From Eledone cirrhosa (lineage: Eukaryota), in the NCBI GenBank assembly GCA_964016885.1, contig OZ024744.1:92504001-92568000 (forward strand): DNA of 64,000 nt. Direction: 5' to 3'. The position numbers were made by a program, and so were the translations under genes. Positions within the stretch are counted from its first letter, which is position 1. The number at the start of each line of letters is the position of its first letter. The notes below the pieces were generated by a model. That model was not told the DNA's origin and did not search any database. It saw nothing but the letters and a program-made list of their open reading frames with translations. Shown one piece after another: positions 19,845 through 37,885 of the stretch.

Positions 19845-21006
19845 GTGTGTAGAATAACTAGTGTGTAGAATAACTAATGTGTAGAATAACTAGTGTGTAG
19901 AATAACTAGTGTGTAGAATAACTAGTGTGTAGAATAACTAATGTGTAGAATAACTAGTGTGTAGAATAACTAGTGTGTAGAATAACTAGTGTGTAGAATA
20001 ACTAGTGTGTAGAATAACTAATGTGTAGAATAACTAATGTGTAGAATAACTAGTGTGTAGAATAACTAGTGTGTAAAATAACTAATATGTAGAATAACTA
20101 ATGTGTAGAATAACTAGTGTGTAGAATAACTAGTGTGTAGAATAACTAATGTGTAGAATAACTAATGTGTAGAATAACTAGTGTGTAGAATAACTAGTGT
20201 GTAGAATAACTAGTGTGTAGAATAACTAGAGTGTAGAATAACTAGTGTGTAGAATAACCAGGATGTAAAATAACTAATGTGTAGAATAACTAGTGTGTAG
20301 AATAACTAATGTGTAAAATAACTAATGTGTAGAATAACTAGTGTGTAGAATAACTAATGTGTAACATAACTAATGTGTAGAATAACTAGTGTGTAGAATA
20401 ACTAATGTGTAAAATAACTAATGTGTAGAATAACTAGTGTGTAGAATAACTAATGTGTAAAATAACTAATGTGTAGAATAACTAGTGTGTAGAATAACTA
20501 ATGTGTAAAATAACTAATGTGTAGAATAACTAGTGTGTAGAATAACTAATGTGTAAAATAACTAATGTGTAAAATAACTAGTGTGTAGAATAACTAGTGT
20601 GTATAATAACTAATGTGTAAAATAACTAGTGTGTAGAATAACTAGTGTGTAGAATAACTAATGTGTAAAACAACTAATGTGTAGAATAACTAGTGTGTAG
20701 AATAACTAATGTGTAGAATAACTAGTGTGTAGAATAACTAGTGTGTAGAATAACTAATGTGTAGAATAACTAGTGTGTAGAATAACTAATGTGTAAAATA
20801 ACTAATGTGTAAAATAACTAATGTGTAGAATAACCAGGATGTAAAATAACTAGTGTGTAGAATAACTAGTGTGTAGAATAACCAGGATGTAAAATAACTA
20901 ATGTGTAGAATAACTAGTGTGTAGAATAACTAATGTGTAGAATAACTAATGTGTAGAATAACTAGTGTGTAGAATAACCAGGATGTAGAATAACCAGTGT
21001 GTAGAA
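19845..21006. repeat. 16-bp minisatellite (GTGTAGAATAACTA[G/A]T), about 70 copies
   Basis: Directly visible. Confidence 0.97.
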
Positions 21007-21265
21007 CAAGCATGGGCAACATTTTACGAGAAGTGGGCCACAAACGCTTATTTACATTTGTGCACACATTAAAAAAAACTGTGGTAACTCAGGTTGTTTT
21101 GATTTGTTTCTTCAGAATTCATACATGTTGTTTGCCTTGATCGTAAAAATGATAGAAAGATAAATTATGACTGAAAAGTTGGGATAAAAAATCAGACAGA
21201 TTTCACTTGGGTGACTTAGTCGAGCCATTCAGAAAACTTCGCGGGCCGCAGGTTACTCATGACTG
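21007..21265. mobile_element. hAT (Charlie-like) MITE inserted at the end of the 16-bp satellite
   Basis: Imperfect TIRs CAAGCATGGGCAAC / GTTACTCATGACTG, subterminal GGGCC motifs, and 8-bp TSD GTGTAGAA on both sides. Confidence 0.8.
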
Positions 21266-21366
21266 GTGTAGAATAACCATTTTACAATAAGAAGTTTGTG
21301 TAATATAGTAGCAAGTGTATTGTGATACACTGACAGCAGACGAAATAAGGGAATGGAACTATATAG

Positions 21367-22095
21367 AGTTGAGTTCTTCTTAAGAACTAAGGTCTTCTTA
21401 CATTTAAATTTTTTTTTCTGTGCAGGAGTCTTGATTCTTTATTGATTCTTAACTAAAGTTGAGTTCTTTCCTAAGACTAAAGTTTTCTTACATAATCATC
21501 ATCATCATCATCATTTTACGTTCGCCTTTCCCTGCTTGCAAGGGTGGGACAGGTCCTATTCAGCACAGCATCTCTCCACTTGTCATGGTCCTTCGTCATC
21601 TCCACCGTGAGCTTCAGCGATCTGAGATCTGCTCTCACCACATCCACCCATGTTTTTCGTGATTTTCCTCTACTGCATCTTCCTTCTACTGGCATTTCTT
21701 GGCACTTCTTTACCCAGCGGTCATCCTCCATCTAGAAAAAAAACAAAAAATAACTAATAAAAATAATTGTTTTCTGTGCAGGAATTTTGATTCTCTATTG
21801 ATTCTCAACAAGAGCTGAGTTTTTTCTAAGACTAAAGTTTTCTTACATCTAGAACAACAAAAGAAAAAAAATTCTTCTGGGCAGGTGTCTTGATTCTCTA
21901 ATTGATTCTTAACTGGAGTTAGGTTCTTTCCTAATTTCTTACATTTAGAAAAACAATTTTATTTTTCTGGGCAGGAGACTTGATTCTCTATCAATTCTCA
22001 TTTAGAGCTGAGTTTTTTTTTAAGACTACAGTTTTCTTACATCTATAAAAAAAAAAAATTTCTTCTAGGCAGGTGTCTTAATTGTCTATTATTTT
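21367..22095. repeat. Diverged ~120-bp tandem repeat (about 5 copies), interrupted by an RTE tail
   Basis: GAGYTGAGTTYTT..TAAGACTAAAGTTTTCTTACAT..GCAGGWGTCTTGATTCTCTA recurs. Confidence 0.8.
21495..21733 (-). mobile_element. RTE-like LINE 3' end with (TGA)n tail
   Basis: MEDDRWVKKC..VEGRCSRGKSRKTW; a related copy lies at 54792-54945. Confidence 0.8.
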
Positions 22096-22844
22096 CAGGC
22101 CATCTAGTTATTATGAGTATAGGTGTTTATGAGTTTGATTTTCTGAGGGTATTGTTAGCAGATTAGGACAATCAATGGTCTTATTTCATGGATAGATTTG
22201 GATTAGAAAAGAAGTGAGCTCTTTACAAAGAACTCATGAAAGGATCATGTTAAACAGCACATGAAGGCCCCACTTCGGGCATGAATGACCATGGTTTTGC
22301 ACCTAGAAAGTTTCCCTCCAAGGCACAAGTCCGGGCAAGGTTTGTTTTTTGTGGAAGACCTATAGTCACCCATACATACCAGTCTCCCCTCTCCATGCCA
22401 CTGATGTTGTCTAAGGAAAAGGTAATGACTGATAGAGCTTGGCACCAGTGACTTTCTAACTAATATATACATTTTTTTTCTCCAGTTCATACAATAGTTG
22501 TCAATGAAGTTTATTGTTAGATTTATGTACATTTAAAGTGGTTGAGTATCTCTTTACAGACGTCATAATTGACAACATAAGGCCTGTACTCATTATAAAC
22601 GATTTGTGTGTCAGTTTTCACCATGTGAGTGTTATATTCCTCCTTGGCAAGCTGCTTCTTATTATATATACTCTACATACACACTATGTACAGACTATGT
22701 ATTATATATATATCATATGTGATGTTGTCCAAGGGAAAGGCAAAGACCAATACAGCTTGGCACCAGTGATGCCATGACTAATATATACACTACATATACA
22801 CTATGTATACATTATATATTATATATATATACACCATATATGAT

Positions 22845-23036
22845 GATGTCCAAGGGAAAGGTAATGGGCGATACAGCTTGGCACCAGTGATGTCGCAGCT
22901 CATTTCTACAGCTGAGTAAACTGGAGCAACGTGAAATAAAGTGTCTTGTTCAAGGACACAATGCAACACCCAGTCCGAGAATCGAACTCACAACCTCTCA
23001 ATTGCAAGCCCAATGCTCTAACTACTAAGCCATACA
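22845..23036 (-). mobile_element. tRNA-derived CORE-type SINE (family 2); partial duplicates of its body at about 22400-22450 and 22720-22770
   Basis: A-box GGCTTAGTAGTTAG, B-box GAGTTCGATTC, CORE-like CCTTGAACAAGACACTT...CCAGTTTACTCAGCTGTAGAAATG. Confidence 0.85.
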
Positions 23037-23044
23037 CCAAAACA

Positions 23045-23345
23045 TCACATGATGAGATCGAAAAACTACTGAATGGATCCAAGAAAAGACAAATGTTCGC
23101 AACATCCTAGAAAACATTAGCAAAGCAAAATGGAATTGGGTGGGACACATTGCCAGAATGACTGGTGGCAGATGGACCACCCGTGTCACCTTCTGGACCC
23201 TATGAGGTCACACAAGAAACAAAACGAAGGCTGCCTGAAGACCAGGTGGCTAGACGATCTTGAGAAAATTGAAAATCTTTGGCAAAGATGGTGCAGCTCA
23301 GAGAAGGTCTATGTCCAACAACGGACTCTCCATGGCTGAAGAAGA
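23045..23345 (+). mobile_element. Decayed RTE-clade LINE 3' fragment
   Basis: A frame reads KAKWNWVGHIARMTGGRWTTRVTFW, followed by KTRWLDDL. Confidence 0.7.
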
Positions 23346-24096
23346 GATGAAATGAGAGAAAAGAAATGAAAGGTTTTTTTAATTTATTTATTAAAAAAAT
23401 TTTTTTTTTTTCTGTATCAATGGCAATGAAATATTCCGGATAAATAAACATAGTTGGAATTATTTTTAGGATAAAATTACATAAAAATAATTGAGCAGTA
23501 TCTAATAAAAACAAAACATACTATTAAAGGGGACAAAACATACTATTAAAATGGACACAAAAAAGGAAGGAAAAAGAAAAAAAAGAAAATGATAGAGAGA
23601 AAAAGAGAAAAGAGATCAAGCAATGAAAGAAAGGAACAGGGGGGAGGGACAGACACTACACCCCAGTCCGAGCAGTGTCTCAACCATGCTCTGCAGATAA
23701 AATGGCAAAGGTGTTACTGTGGAGAAAGGCCAGAATTGGGTTTGTTCCAGAATTATTTATTTATGTTTAGGTCTGGATAATTGACATATTATTATCAGTG
23801 TCAATTCATCTGGCCATCTATTAGGGAACAGATGCAACCAGATGATTCAAGTTTATTCCTAAGACTACAGTTCTCTTACATTTTTCTCACAACAAGACAA
23901 CTGAGGGAGGATTAGAGAGAGTGTGTGTGTGTGTGTCTGAGTTTGTGTGTATGTATATGTATGTCTGTATGTGGCTGTGCATCTGACAGGCTACCAAACA
24001 GTTTCTGTCTACCCAATTTCACTCACAAGGCAGATATCATGCAGTAGGATCAAATTATTGTGTATGCTTCTGTGTTATATATTGAGTATAAACATT

Positions 24097-24329
24097 TACT
24101 GTATATAGTTGAATATAAGCCAAGGAATATGTGACCAAAACATTCCTTGGTAAAATGGGGTGTGGGTGGTGTGGGGCTTCAGCTTATATTCAGGGTCAAT
24201 AGTTTGACGATTTTCACCAACTTCCATTCAAATTCTACATAAATAATGTTTGGATTTTAGCCCATTTCTCAGACATAAAATAGTGGGGTCAGCTTATATT
24301 TCTATTGGCTTACATTTGAGTATATATGG
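24097..24329. mobile_element. Decayed pogo/Tc1-mariner-type MITE
   Basis: Ends TACTGTATATAGTTGAATATAAGCC and GGCTTACATTTGAGTATATATGGT are imperfect inverted repeats; internal repeats of GCTTATATT. Confidence 0.6.
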
Positions 24330-25677
24330 TCATGTAGGTGTCACAAGAAAAAGTACTCAGTCCACACTGTAAAGTGGTCATGTAGGTGTCAAGACAAAAA
24401 GCACCCAGTCCACACTGTAAAGTGGTCATGTAGGTGTCATGACAAAAAGCACCCAGTCCACACTGTAAAGTGGTCATGTAGGTGTCAAGACAAAAAGCAC
24501 CCAGTCCACACTGTAAAGTGGTCATGTAGGTGTCATGACAAAAAGCACCCAGTCCACACTGTAAAGTGGTCATGTAGGTGTCAAGACAAAAAGCACCCAG
24601 TCCACACTGTAAAGTGGTCATGTAGGTGTCATGACAAAAAGCACCCAGTCCACACTGTAAAGTGGTCATGTAGGTGTCATGATAAAAAGCACCCAGTCCA
24701 CACTGTAAAGTGGTCATGTAGGTGTCACAACAAAAAGCCCCCAGTCCACACTGTAAAGTGATCATGTAGGTGTCACGACAAAAAGCACCCAGCCAACACT
24801 GTAAAGTGGTCATGTAGCTGTCACAACAAAAAGCACACAGTCCACACTGTAAAGTGGTTATGTAGGCGTCACAATAAAAAGCACTTAGCACACACTGTGA
24901 AGTGGTCATGTAGGTGTCATGACAAAAAGCACACAGTCCACACTGTAAAGTGGTCATGTAGGTGTCACGATAAAAAGCACCCAGCCCACACTGTAAAGTG
25001 GTCATGTAGGTGTCACAATAAAAAGCACCCAGCTCACACTGTAAAGTGGTCATGTAGGAGTGATGACAAAAAACAACCAGTCCACACTGTAAAGTGGTCA
25101 TGTCAGTGTCACAACAAAAAGCACCCAGCCCACACTGTAAAGTGGTCATGTAGGTGTCACAACAAAAATCACACAGTCCACACTGTAAAGTGGTTATGTA
25201 GGCGTCACAATAAAAAGCACTTAGCACACACTGTAAAGTTGTCATGTAGGTGTCACGACAAAAAGCACCCAGCCCACACTGTAAAGTGGTCATGTAGGTG
25301 TCACGACAAAAAGCACCCAGTCCACACTGTAAAGTGGTCATGTAGGTCTCACAATAAAAAGCAGCTAGCACACACTGTTAAGTGGTCATGTAGGTGTCAC
25401 AACAAAAACCACCCAGCCTACACTGTAAAGTGGTAATGTAGGTGTCACAACAAAAAGCACCCAGTCCACACTGTAAAGTGGTCATGTAGGTATCGCAATA
25501 AAAAGCACCTAGCACACACTGTAAAGTGGTCATGTAGGTGTCACGACAAAAAGCACCCAGCCCGCACTGTAAAGTGGTCATGTAGGTGTCACGACAAAAA
25601 GCACCCAGTCCGCACTGTAAAGTGGTCATGTAGGTGTCACGACAAAAAGCACCCAGTCCGCACTGTAAAGTGGTCAT
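24327..25677. repeat. 48-bp minisatellite (about 28 copies) derived from a SINE-internal repeat
   Basis: Unit GGTCATGTAGGTGTCACGACAAAAAGCACCCAGTCCACACTGTAAAGT. The same unit occurs in SINE bodies at 32500-32610, 42480-42680 and 47215-47260. Confidence 0.95.
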
Positions 25678-25751
25678 CAAAATATCATAGATTTAATATT
25701 ATGTGAGATAATTATGAGGTAAAGCCTTTACCACAAAAATACATGTTTGTG

Positions 25752-26730
25752 CCATACATTAATGACATAGATGCCAACTTAAAGAATGCCACGGTACTAA
25801 AATATGCAGATGACATCAAGCTGTACCTTTAAATTAAAAGGACTGATCCTGAAATCTACAACTCTTTCCTACAATCAGACCTGGACACAATGCAGCAATG
25901 GATCACAGACTGGCAACTGAAGCTGGCTGCGGACAAGTGTACCACCATGCATTTTGGGAGGAAAACCCAGCGTCCACATACTCCCTCCACAACACTGATA
26001 TCAAGAAGTCCTCTTGTGAACGTGACCTGGGCATTACTGTCAGCAACGATTTGCGTTGGACAAAGCATGTCTCTAAAATTGTCAAGAAAGCATCACTCAG
26101 CAAGACGTTTGTTAACCGCTCTCCAGCCATCTATTTAAAGCTGTATACAGCTATGGTACGACCACACTTGGAATTCGCATCATCAGTCTAGGACCCCTAT
26201 CTTGCTCAGAACATTGACCTCCTGGAAACTGTTCAGAGACCAAGCGCATACCCTCCATCAGACACCTACCATACTCTGAACGTCTTGCTTCCCTGGGCAT
26301 GGATTCATTGAAATTCTGACGTCTGGCAATGGACTTGGTAAACACCCACAAAGTTATTAACCATCTCGCCAACAACGACCCTGAGCACCTTTTTGATCTC
26401 CATGTGTCTAACACACGTGGACATGCCTACAAAATCAGAAAACAGCACAGCTCCCATGACTTTCGGAAACATTTTTTCATGCTTAGAGTTGCTGAAGCAT
26501 GGAACAAACTGCCTGTGTCAGTTGTTAGCTGCCGAGACACTATGCTTCCCTAAATTCGCCAAAACTACACCTGATGTACCCCTTCCATACAGATGCACAC
26601 ATGTGTATATCATGACTCATGCACTGTTCATTTTCCTGACGTTTGTACATTACCCTATGTACGATACATACACTTTTGATGAGTTGTAGTGTACCTGAGC
26701 ACTGTACACAATATTTTCATTATTATTATA
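25752..26730 (+). mobile_element. 5'-truncated CR1-group LINE (RT C-terminus and 3' UTR)
   Basis: YINDID..KYADDIKL, ERDLGITV, LYTAMVRPHLEFASSV, TRGHAYKI, RVAEAWNKLP; (ATT)n tail. Confidence 0.9.
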
Positions 26731-27634
26731 TATATAGAGTAATGTAAATGCTAAAGGGTTAATACTGTTATATGGTTGTAATATATATATACTCATCTAC
26801 CTTTTTACATTGAACCCCACTTCTGTGGAAACCACTTTGGGAGCCATTGTTCTAACTCTAAGTATAATTTACTCAATTTTCTCAACTATTATCTACAATG
26901 AACGACAGTTATCACAGTTATTTTTCTGCTTTGGGACATTCACATTTTTTTTTTTCAAATATTGTTTCCGTTTTTCCGGTTTTTTTTTTGTTGTTGTTGT
27001 TGTTGTTTTTCCTGGCCAGGAGTCTTGATTCTCCGTTATTTCAGTTCATCTAGTTAGTTACAGTGTTACATATCAATATCCATTATCAGTGTCAAATCAA
27101 ATCATCTGGTAATCTATTATGGAAGAGTTTACAGCCAGCTGATGCAACCTGGGTGTCAGTCAGTCTGTCTGATAACTGATCAATGATTTTTTAATTTATT
27201 TTAGATTATTTTTGTTTTTATTTTATTATTTTGTATATATATTTTCTTTATTCATTTTGTAAAATTTATTTTTTTCATTTTACTTTTTATTTTTTATTTC
27301 TTACTCATTTTTTTTAAATTTATTTTAAAATATTTTTATTTTTTTATTTATTTTAAAATATTTATTATTATTTTTTATTATTATTTTTATATACTTTTTC
27401 ATTTCCTTTTTTATATTTTTATATATTTTTCATTTTATTTTTTAATATATTTTTTCATTTTATTTCATTTTATTTTATTTTATCTGTTCTATTTATTTTT
27501 CATTTTATTTCATTTTTTTTACACATATTTATTCATTTAGTTTTTTATTTATTGTATTTTATTTTAATTTATACATATATACTGTCTAACCAATGCTTGT
27601 GTGAAAGATGGATGTTAAACGATGATGATGATAT

Positions 27635-29166
<1,532 letters not shown>

Positions 29167-29410
29167 GTTTTATTGTATGTATGACAGTTAGTCAGAAGAA
29201 GAATAAATAACAATTTGATGAGTTTACAAAATAATTAGTTTAACGAGTGTCACCAGCTTTAACGAGAATTATAATCCTACTGGTTCAAAACCAAGAATAA
29301 TTAAGAGATTAAGTTAATCTTTTTTGTTGTTGTTGTTCTGTTTTTTATATATATATTTATTTATATATTCCTTATTACTGCCCCCACCCCGTTACTATAT
29401 ATATATATAT

Positions 29411-29954
29411 CAGTTATTCTACACCCTGGTTATTCTACACACTAGTTATTCTACACATGGATTATTCTACATACTGGTTATTCTACACACTAGTTATTCT
29501 ACACATTACTTATTCTACACATTACTTATTCTACACACTAGTTATTCTACACACTAGTTATTCTACACCTTGGTTATTATACACACTAGTTATTCTACAC
29601 ACCAGTTATTCTAGACAGTGGCTATTTAATACATTATTTAATCTACACACTGGTTATTCTACACACTAGTTATTCTACACACTGGGTATTCTACACACTG
29701 GTTATTCTACACCCTGGTTATTATATACACTAGTTATTCTACACACTAGTTATTCTACACACCAGTTATTCTTCACACTGGTTATTCTACACACCAGTTA
29801 TTCTTCACACTGGTTATTCTACACACCAGTTATTCTAGACAGTAGCTATTTAATACATTATTTAATCTACACACTAGTTATTCTACACACCAGTTGTTCT
29901 ACACACTTGTTATTCTACACACTTGTTATTTTACACACTTGTTATTCTACACAC
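29411..29954. repeat. 16-bp minisatellite, reverse complement of the 19845-21006 array and more diverged
   Basis: Units of AGTTATTCTACACACT. Confidence 0.92.
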
Positions 29955-30660
29955 TGTAAAGTTGTAAGATTGGTGCCTCAATAAAATGCATAAATCCCAT
30001 GCTGTAAAGTGACAGTGGTGGTGTCACAATAAAATGTACTCAGTCCATTCTTGAAAATGGTAGTGCTGGTACCATAATGAAATGCACATAACCACCCTGT
30101 CATGTGGTAGTGCTGGTGCCATGATAAAAAGTAACCAGCCCACACTCTGAAGTGGTAATGCTTGTGCCATGATAAATGCACATAACTACAATGTAAAATG
30201 GTAGTGCTGGTGCTATGATAAAAGGCACCCAGACAGTTATGGTGGTGCAATGAGAATACAAGCTCTGTACACATTTTAAAGTGGTTGACATTAAGAAAGG
30301 AATCCAGCTGTAGAAACTAAGCTCCTAGTATATGTCATTTTGTCAACAAAATGTATTCAATATACTCCAAAAATTGCTGGAACATAAGTAAAAGAGATAC
30401 ATGGTCCCTGAACCATGAATGAGAAGTGTAACTCTGATAATTTCTTGACTTCATCTTTGACAACTTGTCCAACCCATGCCAACTAGGAAAAGCAGCAATT
30501 AAAAAATGATGCCATGTCTTGCTCATACAGCCAAAATCAGTTCTGTATGAGCAAGACATGGTCACCTGACCTGGCATTGCTCACAACAGGAGAACTCATC
30601 TAACCCATGCCAGCATGGAAAAATGGACATTAAACAGTGATGATTATGATGATGATGATG
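29950..30660 (+). mobile_element. Degenerate 48-bp repeats followed by a SINE-type tail ending in (GAT)n
   Basis: AAAAGGCACCCAG units, then GAATCCAGCTGTAGAAA and CCATGCCAGCATGGAAAAATGGACATTAAA..GATGATGAT. Confidence 0.65.
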
Positions 30661-30764
30661 ATATATCCATATGTGTTTTTGTCTGTCTAGTGACTATGTG
30701 AATAAACAGGCAAAACTCCAGAGTAACGAGACTCACTATTTAACTTTAATAAAATGAATATTAC

Positions 30765-32100
30765 TTCGATTTTGTATTTGATTTGCGAGATTTCTTATCT
30801 GAAAACGTGTGTTGAAACAGATATTGTTATACTTTGGGAAGATCATGCTGAAGATAAAAACAGATGCACCTGTTGGTTTTCACTTCAATTTATTATAAAC
30901 TAGCAGCAGTACCCAGCGTTGCCTGGGTAGGTAAAATAATATCTGCTTTGATGAAAAGGTGTTGATCTTAGCAACTGATTCTCGATTACTCATCTATGGC
31001 CACACACATGCCATGCGGGGGAGGGTGGTGATGGCCTCTATCACTGAGAAACGTGGGTGACTGATGAAGGGGTATGTTGGGAGAGGGAGGTAATGACCTC
31101 TAACACTAAGCCAAATTTCCTCACGCTACTTGATTGGAAACCGATGAATTCTCAAATACACAACTAAAAGCTCAGACGACGTCAGTGGCCATCGTTTTGA
31201 CTTTGACCATCTATAAGATGTGCAATGATAGGTTCTATTGTGGTATAAAAGTTGTACCAAATAAATTGATTTATGTGTGAGGTGGAGCCGAAGTTTCGAA
31301 TTTGAACGAAATCGGTTGAAAAATGTGGGAGCTAGAGCCGAAAAGGCGGAAATTTGAGCGAAAAGGTGGTATTTTCGAATATTTAATCGGCTGCCACGCC
31401 GTTCCTGAACAAAAAATCCATAATGTCAAGTCACTTTAAGACGTGAAATAATCAGATCTAACGTAGTGTAAAATTTGAACAAAGTAGGTTGATTAATGTG
31501 GGAGCTAGAAATTTGAGTCTAAAAGTGATATGTTTGAATATTTAAGCGGCTGCCACGCCGTGCCTGAACAACAAATGCAAAATATAAAGCCATTACAGGA
31601 TGTGCAATGATGAATTCTAATTTGCTTTAAAATTTGAACGAAATCGGTGGCAAAATATTTTTCGATACCTAAAAAAAGGTGACCACATATCGATTTTTAT
31701 CTGCAGAATGACCCCGGAATAAAAAAAAAAAAACGATACGCTGATATACAGAAAACACTCCCCGATGACTAATCTATGAGCCTGTAAAGTTTCATGAAAA
31801 TTGGTCGTAAGATGTAGGCTCCTATAGGTAATACACAGACACACACACACTACAGATTTCTACTTGATTATTATAATGGTTTCTTATATAGGCACAAGAC
31901 CAGCAATTTCGGGTGAGGGGAAAGTTGATTTAATCGACCCAAGTGCATTACTGGTTGGTTATTATAATAACCAGATGGTTGTTTATTTGTTTATTTGTTT
32001 GTTTACGACCATCTGGAAATTTATAATAAATCTAAGTGAAACCCAACAGATGCGTGTGTTTTTATTGACATCATGACTGTCCCAACGTATAACAAAATGA
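30765..32100. mobile_element. Old palindromic remnant of the PLE family A terminus (30765-30899 and ~31965-32100), split by a Helitron and a SINE fragment
   Basis: The left part matches 51520-51655, and the right part is its diverged reverse complement. Confidence 0.7.
30900..31867 (-). mobile_element. Non-autonomous Helitron
   Basis: Minus-strand 3' end is the hairpin TACCCAG-GCAACG-CTGGGTA, then 6 nt, CTAG, and a host T. Candidate 5' TC at 31867-31866 follows an A. Internal AAATTTGAACGAAATCGG repeats. Confidence 0.8.
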
Positions 32101-32108
32101 ATATATAT

Positions 32109-32343
32109 ACAGACTGTCCTCCAAAAATGTATACACACTTCAACAGTATTCTAATAAATATTGCCGGTACAGATAATCAAAGTGTGTATACATTTTTAGG
32201 GGTCACCCTGTATATACAGTGAAATTATATTGTAACGAAATTCACAGGGTATAAAAAAAAAATTCATTGGAACAAAAAAATTCTTTATTCTAAATTTCGT
32301 TATACTGTAACATTTGTTATGTGTTATAACGGTTTTTACCTGT
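32109..32343. mobile_element. Two adjacent Tc1/mariner- and Tigger-like MITEs (about 32109-32211 and 32216-32343)
   Basis: TA-flanked inverted ends AAAAATGTATACACACTT / AAGTGTGTATACATTTTT; the second begins TACAGTGAAA and ends GTTATAACGGTTTTTACCTG. Confidence 0.6.
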
Positions 32344-32382
32344 TTATATATATATATATATATAAGTAAAAACCGTTATAAC

Positions 32383-32775
32383 ATCATCATCATCATCATC
32401 ATCATTTTCCGTCCGCTTTTCCCTGCTTGAAAGGGTGGAACGGGAACTGATTCTGGCTTGATTTCTACAGCTGGATGCCCTTCCTAACACCAACCTCATT
32501 TACAGTGAGTGGTGGGTGATTTTTTTCCCGTGGCGCCTACACGTCCACTTTATAGTGTGGGCTGGGTGCTTTTTTGCGAGGCACCTCCACGACCACTTTG
32601 CAGTGGAATAATATGAACCCCGGTCCCTATCATCTCATTTCTACAGCTGAGTAAACTGGAGCAACGTGAAATAAAGTGTCTTGCTCAAGTAAACAACACA
32701 CCACCCGGTCTGAGAACTGAACTCACAACCTTTTGATTGCAAAGCCAATGCTCTAACCACTAAGCCATGTGCCTC
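32383..32775 (-). mobile_element. Full-length CORE-type SINE: tRNA head, CORE, 48-bp repeats, RTE-like tail with (TGA)n
   Basis: Head GGCACATGGCTTAGTGGTTAGAGC..GAGTTC; the tail is shared with the RTE end at 21495. Confidence 0.88.
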
Positions 32776-32810
32776 CATATATATATGTATATGTGTATAT
32801 ATATACATAT

Positions 32811-35870
<3,060 letters not shown>

Positions 35871-35874
35871 ACTT

Positions 35875-37068
35875 TGAAATGTTTTGGCCAGTATTGGCCC
35901 AGGCCATGTCTAACTTAATAGCACCACCTGCGAAGTCTTTCAATTCAGGATTTGGGCACCATGGCCCATTCGAGAAGAGAATTCCTGTTTGCGGAGACAT
36001 ATCCGGGTGTGGGTGGTTTTTTCCGGGATTACTTGGAGGAATTTGTCCAAAGACCTCTTGAATTTTGTGTGGTCAGCTTCTGTTTTGACGTGTCCTGGTG
36101 TGATGTTGAAGAGAGCATGGTCAATTGAGGTGAAATCATTGTGCCGTATTGTTGTTATGAGTTGCGATTTAGATTTTTGTTTGGGACGGATAGCACGGGG
36201 CCCAAGCCTTGGGTGTATTTTGAAGGTAATGCCAACATCATTTGGGTAGTGCTGATGAAACTTTTCCCACATCATGCAGATAATATAACGCTCACAGCGA
36301 CTTTAGAATGAGTAAAGTTTCAGCTTTTCTAGTCGACCCCAGTAGTTAAGGTCTGACATGCCATCTATCATTTTCGTGATTGCCCTTTGGGGAGCTTCAA
36401 GTTTCATGATACTTTGTTTCGTATGGGGAGACCACAGTGGACAACAGTATTCAAGGTGTGGTCGGGCAAAAGTGGAGGAGAGAAGGATAATGGTGTGGGA
36501 ATCTCTCGACTGGAAGGTTCTGAGGATCCAGGAACACATTCTGCGGGCCATGTCAACTTTGCTGCTTATATGCGTGGCCCAGCTTATGTTGCTGTCCACG
36601 GTTACTCCCAAGTCTCTGATGTTGTTAGATGCCACGAGAGTTTCACCGGAGGGAAGGGAGTACGGGAGTTTCAGAGCAGCCTCTTTTCCAAAGTGGATCA
36701 GTTCGAATTTGTCTTCGTTCAGTAACATGTTGTTCTTTACCGCCCATTGGGTAACAGCCAGTAGGTCTGACTGAAGTCAAGTCCGGTCATCCACGCCATT
36801 GATGACCTTTTGGAGCTTGGAATCATCAGCGAAAATTCTAATGTTGCTGTGTTTGATGATGTCAGTGATGTCATTAATATAGATGATGAAGAGAAGTGGG
36901 CCCAACACAGTGCCTTGTGGGACCCCACTACTGACTTTGGCTGGGCTGGATTTGACTCCTTCGACTACAACATGTTGGGTGCTGTTTGACAGGAAGCTCT
37001 TGATCCACTGCAGCAGCTTCCCAGTGACACCAATATTGGACAGCTTTCTCAGTAGAATGTTGTGATCA
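35875..37068 (-). mobile_element. 5'-truncated CR1/L2-group LINE (RT)
   Basis: [54 protein letters not shown]. Confidence 0.92.
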
Positions 37069-37181
37069 ATATATGTATATATATATATGTATATATATAT
37101 ATATGTATATATATATACATATGTATATATATATATGTATATATATGTATATATATATATATATGTATATATATGTATATA

Positions 37182-37298
<117 letters not shown>

Positions 37299-37327
37299 GT
37301 ATATATATATGTATATATATATATATG

Positions 37328-37445
<118 letters not shown>

Positions 37446-37512
37446 CAAGGTTTAGCAAATAAGAAAAAGTTTCAAAATAAATTTCAAAAAATTCACTGTA
37501 CTTACTACGGTT

Positions 37513-37599
37513 ACCTTTACCGAATCGGTTTCGAGTCTCAAAAATAAATGGACAGTCCTTGCGGCCTTCCATTGAAAAGATAAACCCTCGTCAGAAGGT
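37513..37599 (-). ncRNA. Type I hammerhead ribozyme (family E) in a TA-flanked non-coding segment, 37441-37776
   Basis: Reverse complement: ACCTT-CTGACGA-GGGTTT...AGACTC-GAAA-CCGATTCGG-TA-AAGGT. Stems I, II and III all pair; GUA cleavage site. Confidence 0.85.
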
Positions 37600-37789
37600 T
37601 CTTTTCACTCGGAGAATATAAAATTCCCGAGTTCAAATTACTAACTGGCGCTATTCAAAATTGTTCCCGAGATGAGAATGAATGATGTGGAAGCAATTCT
37701 GTCCAGTGCCGTGTGTAAAGATAGAAGCAGGGGCAGGGAGGTCAGTCTACTACCACTATAAATAGCAGCATTCAAAAGGAACAAGTAAG

Positions 37790-37885
37790 ACCCCGACGGA
37801 AGAGCTCAAGCCGTTTCGACGGCTAATTCTGGACTAAATAAGAAATTTTAGCCTGGTAAATAAATAGCCGAACTTCTCAGGGGGT
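37790..37885 (-). ncRNA. Variant type I hammerhead (family B, inverted copy)
   Basis: Reverse complement: ACCCC-CTGAGAAG-TTCGGCTA...TAGCCGTC-GAAA-CGG..CCG-TC-GGGGT. Confidence 0.6.

Noticed and set aside
24310-25680. Cys-rich 16-aa repeat ORF or CRISPR-like array
   Set aside because: It is a SINE-derived 48-bp tandem repeat with no unique spacers and no cas genes.
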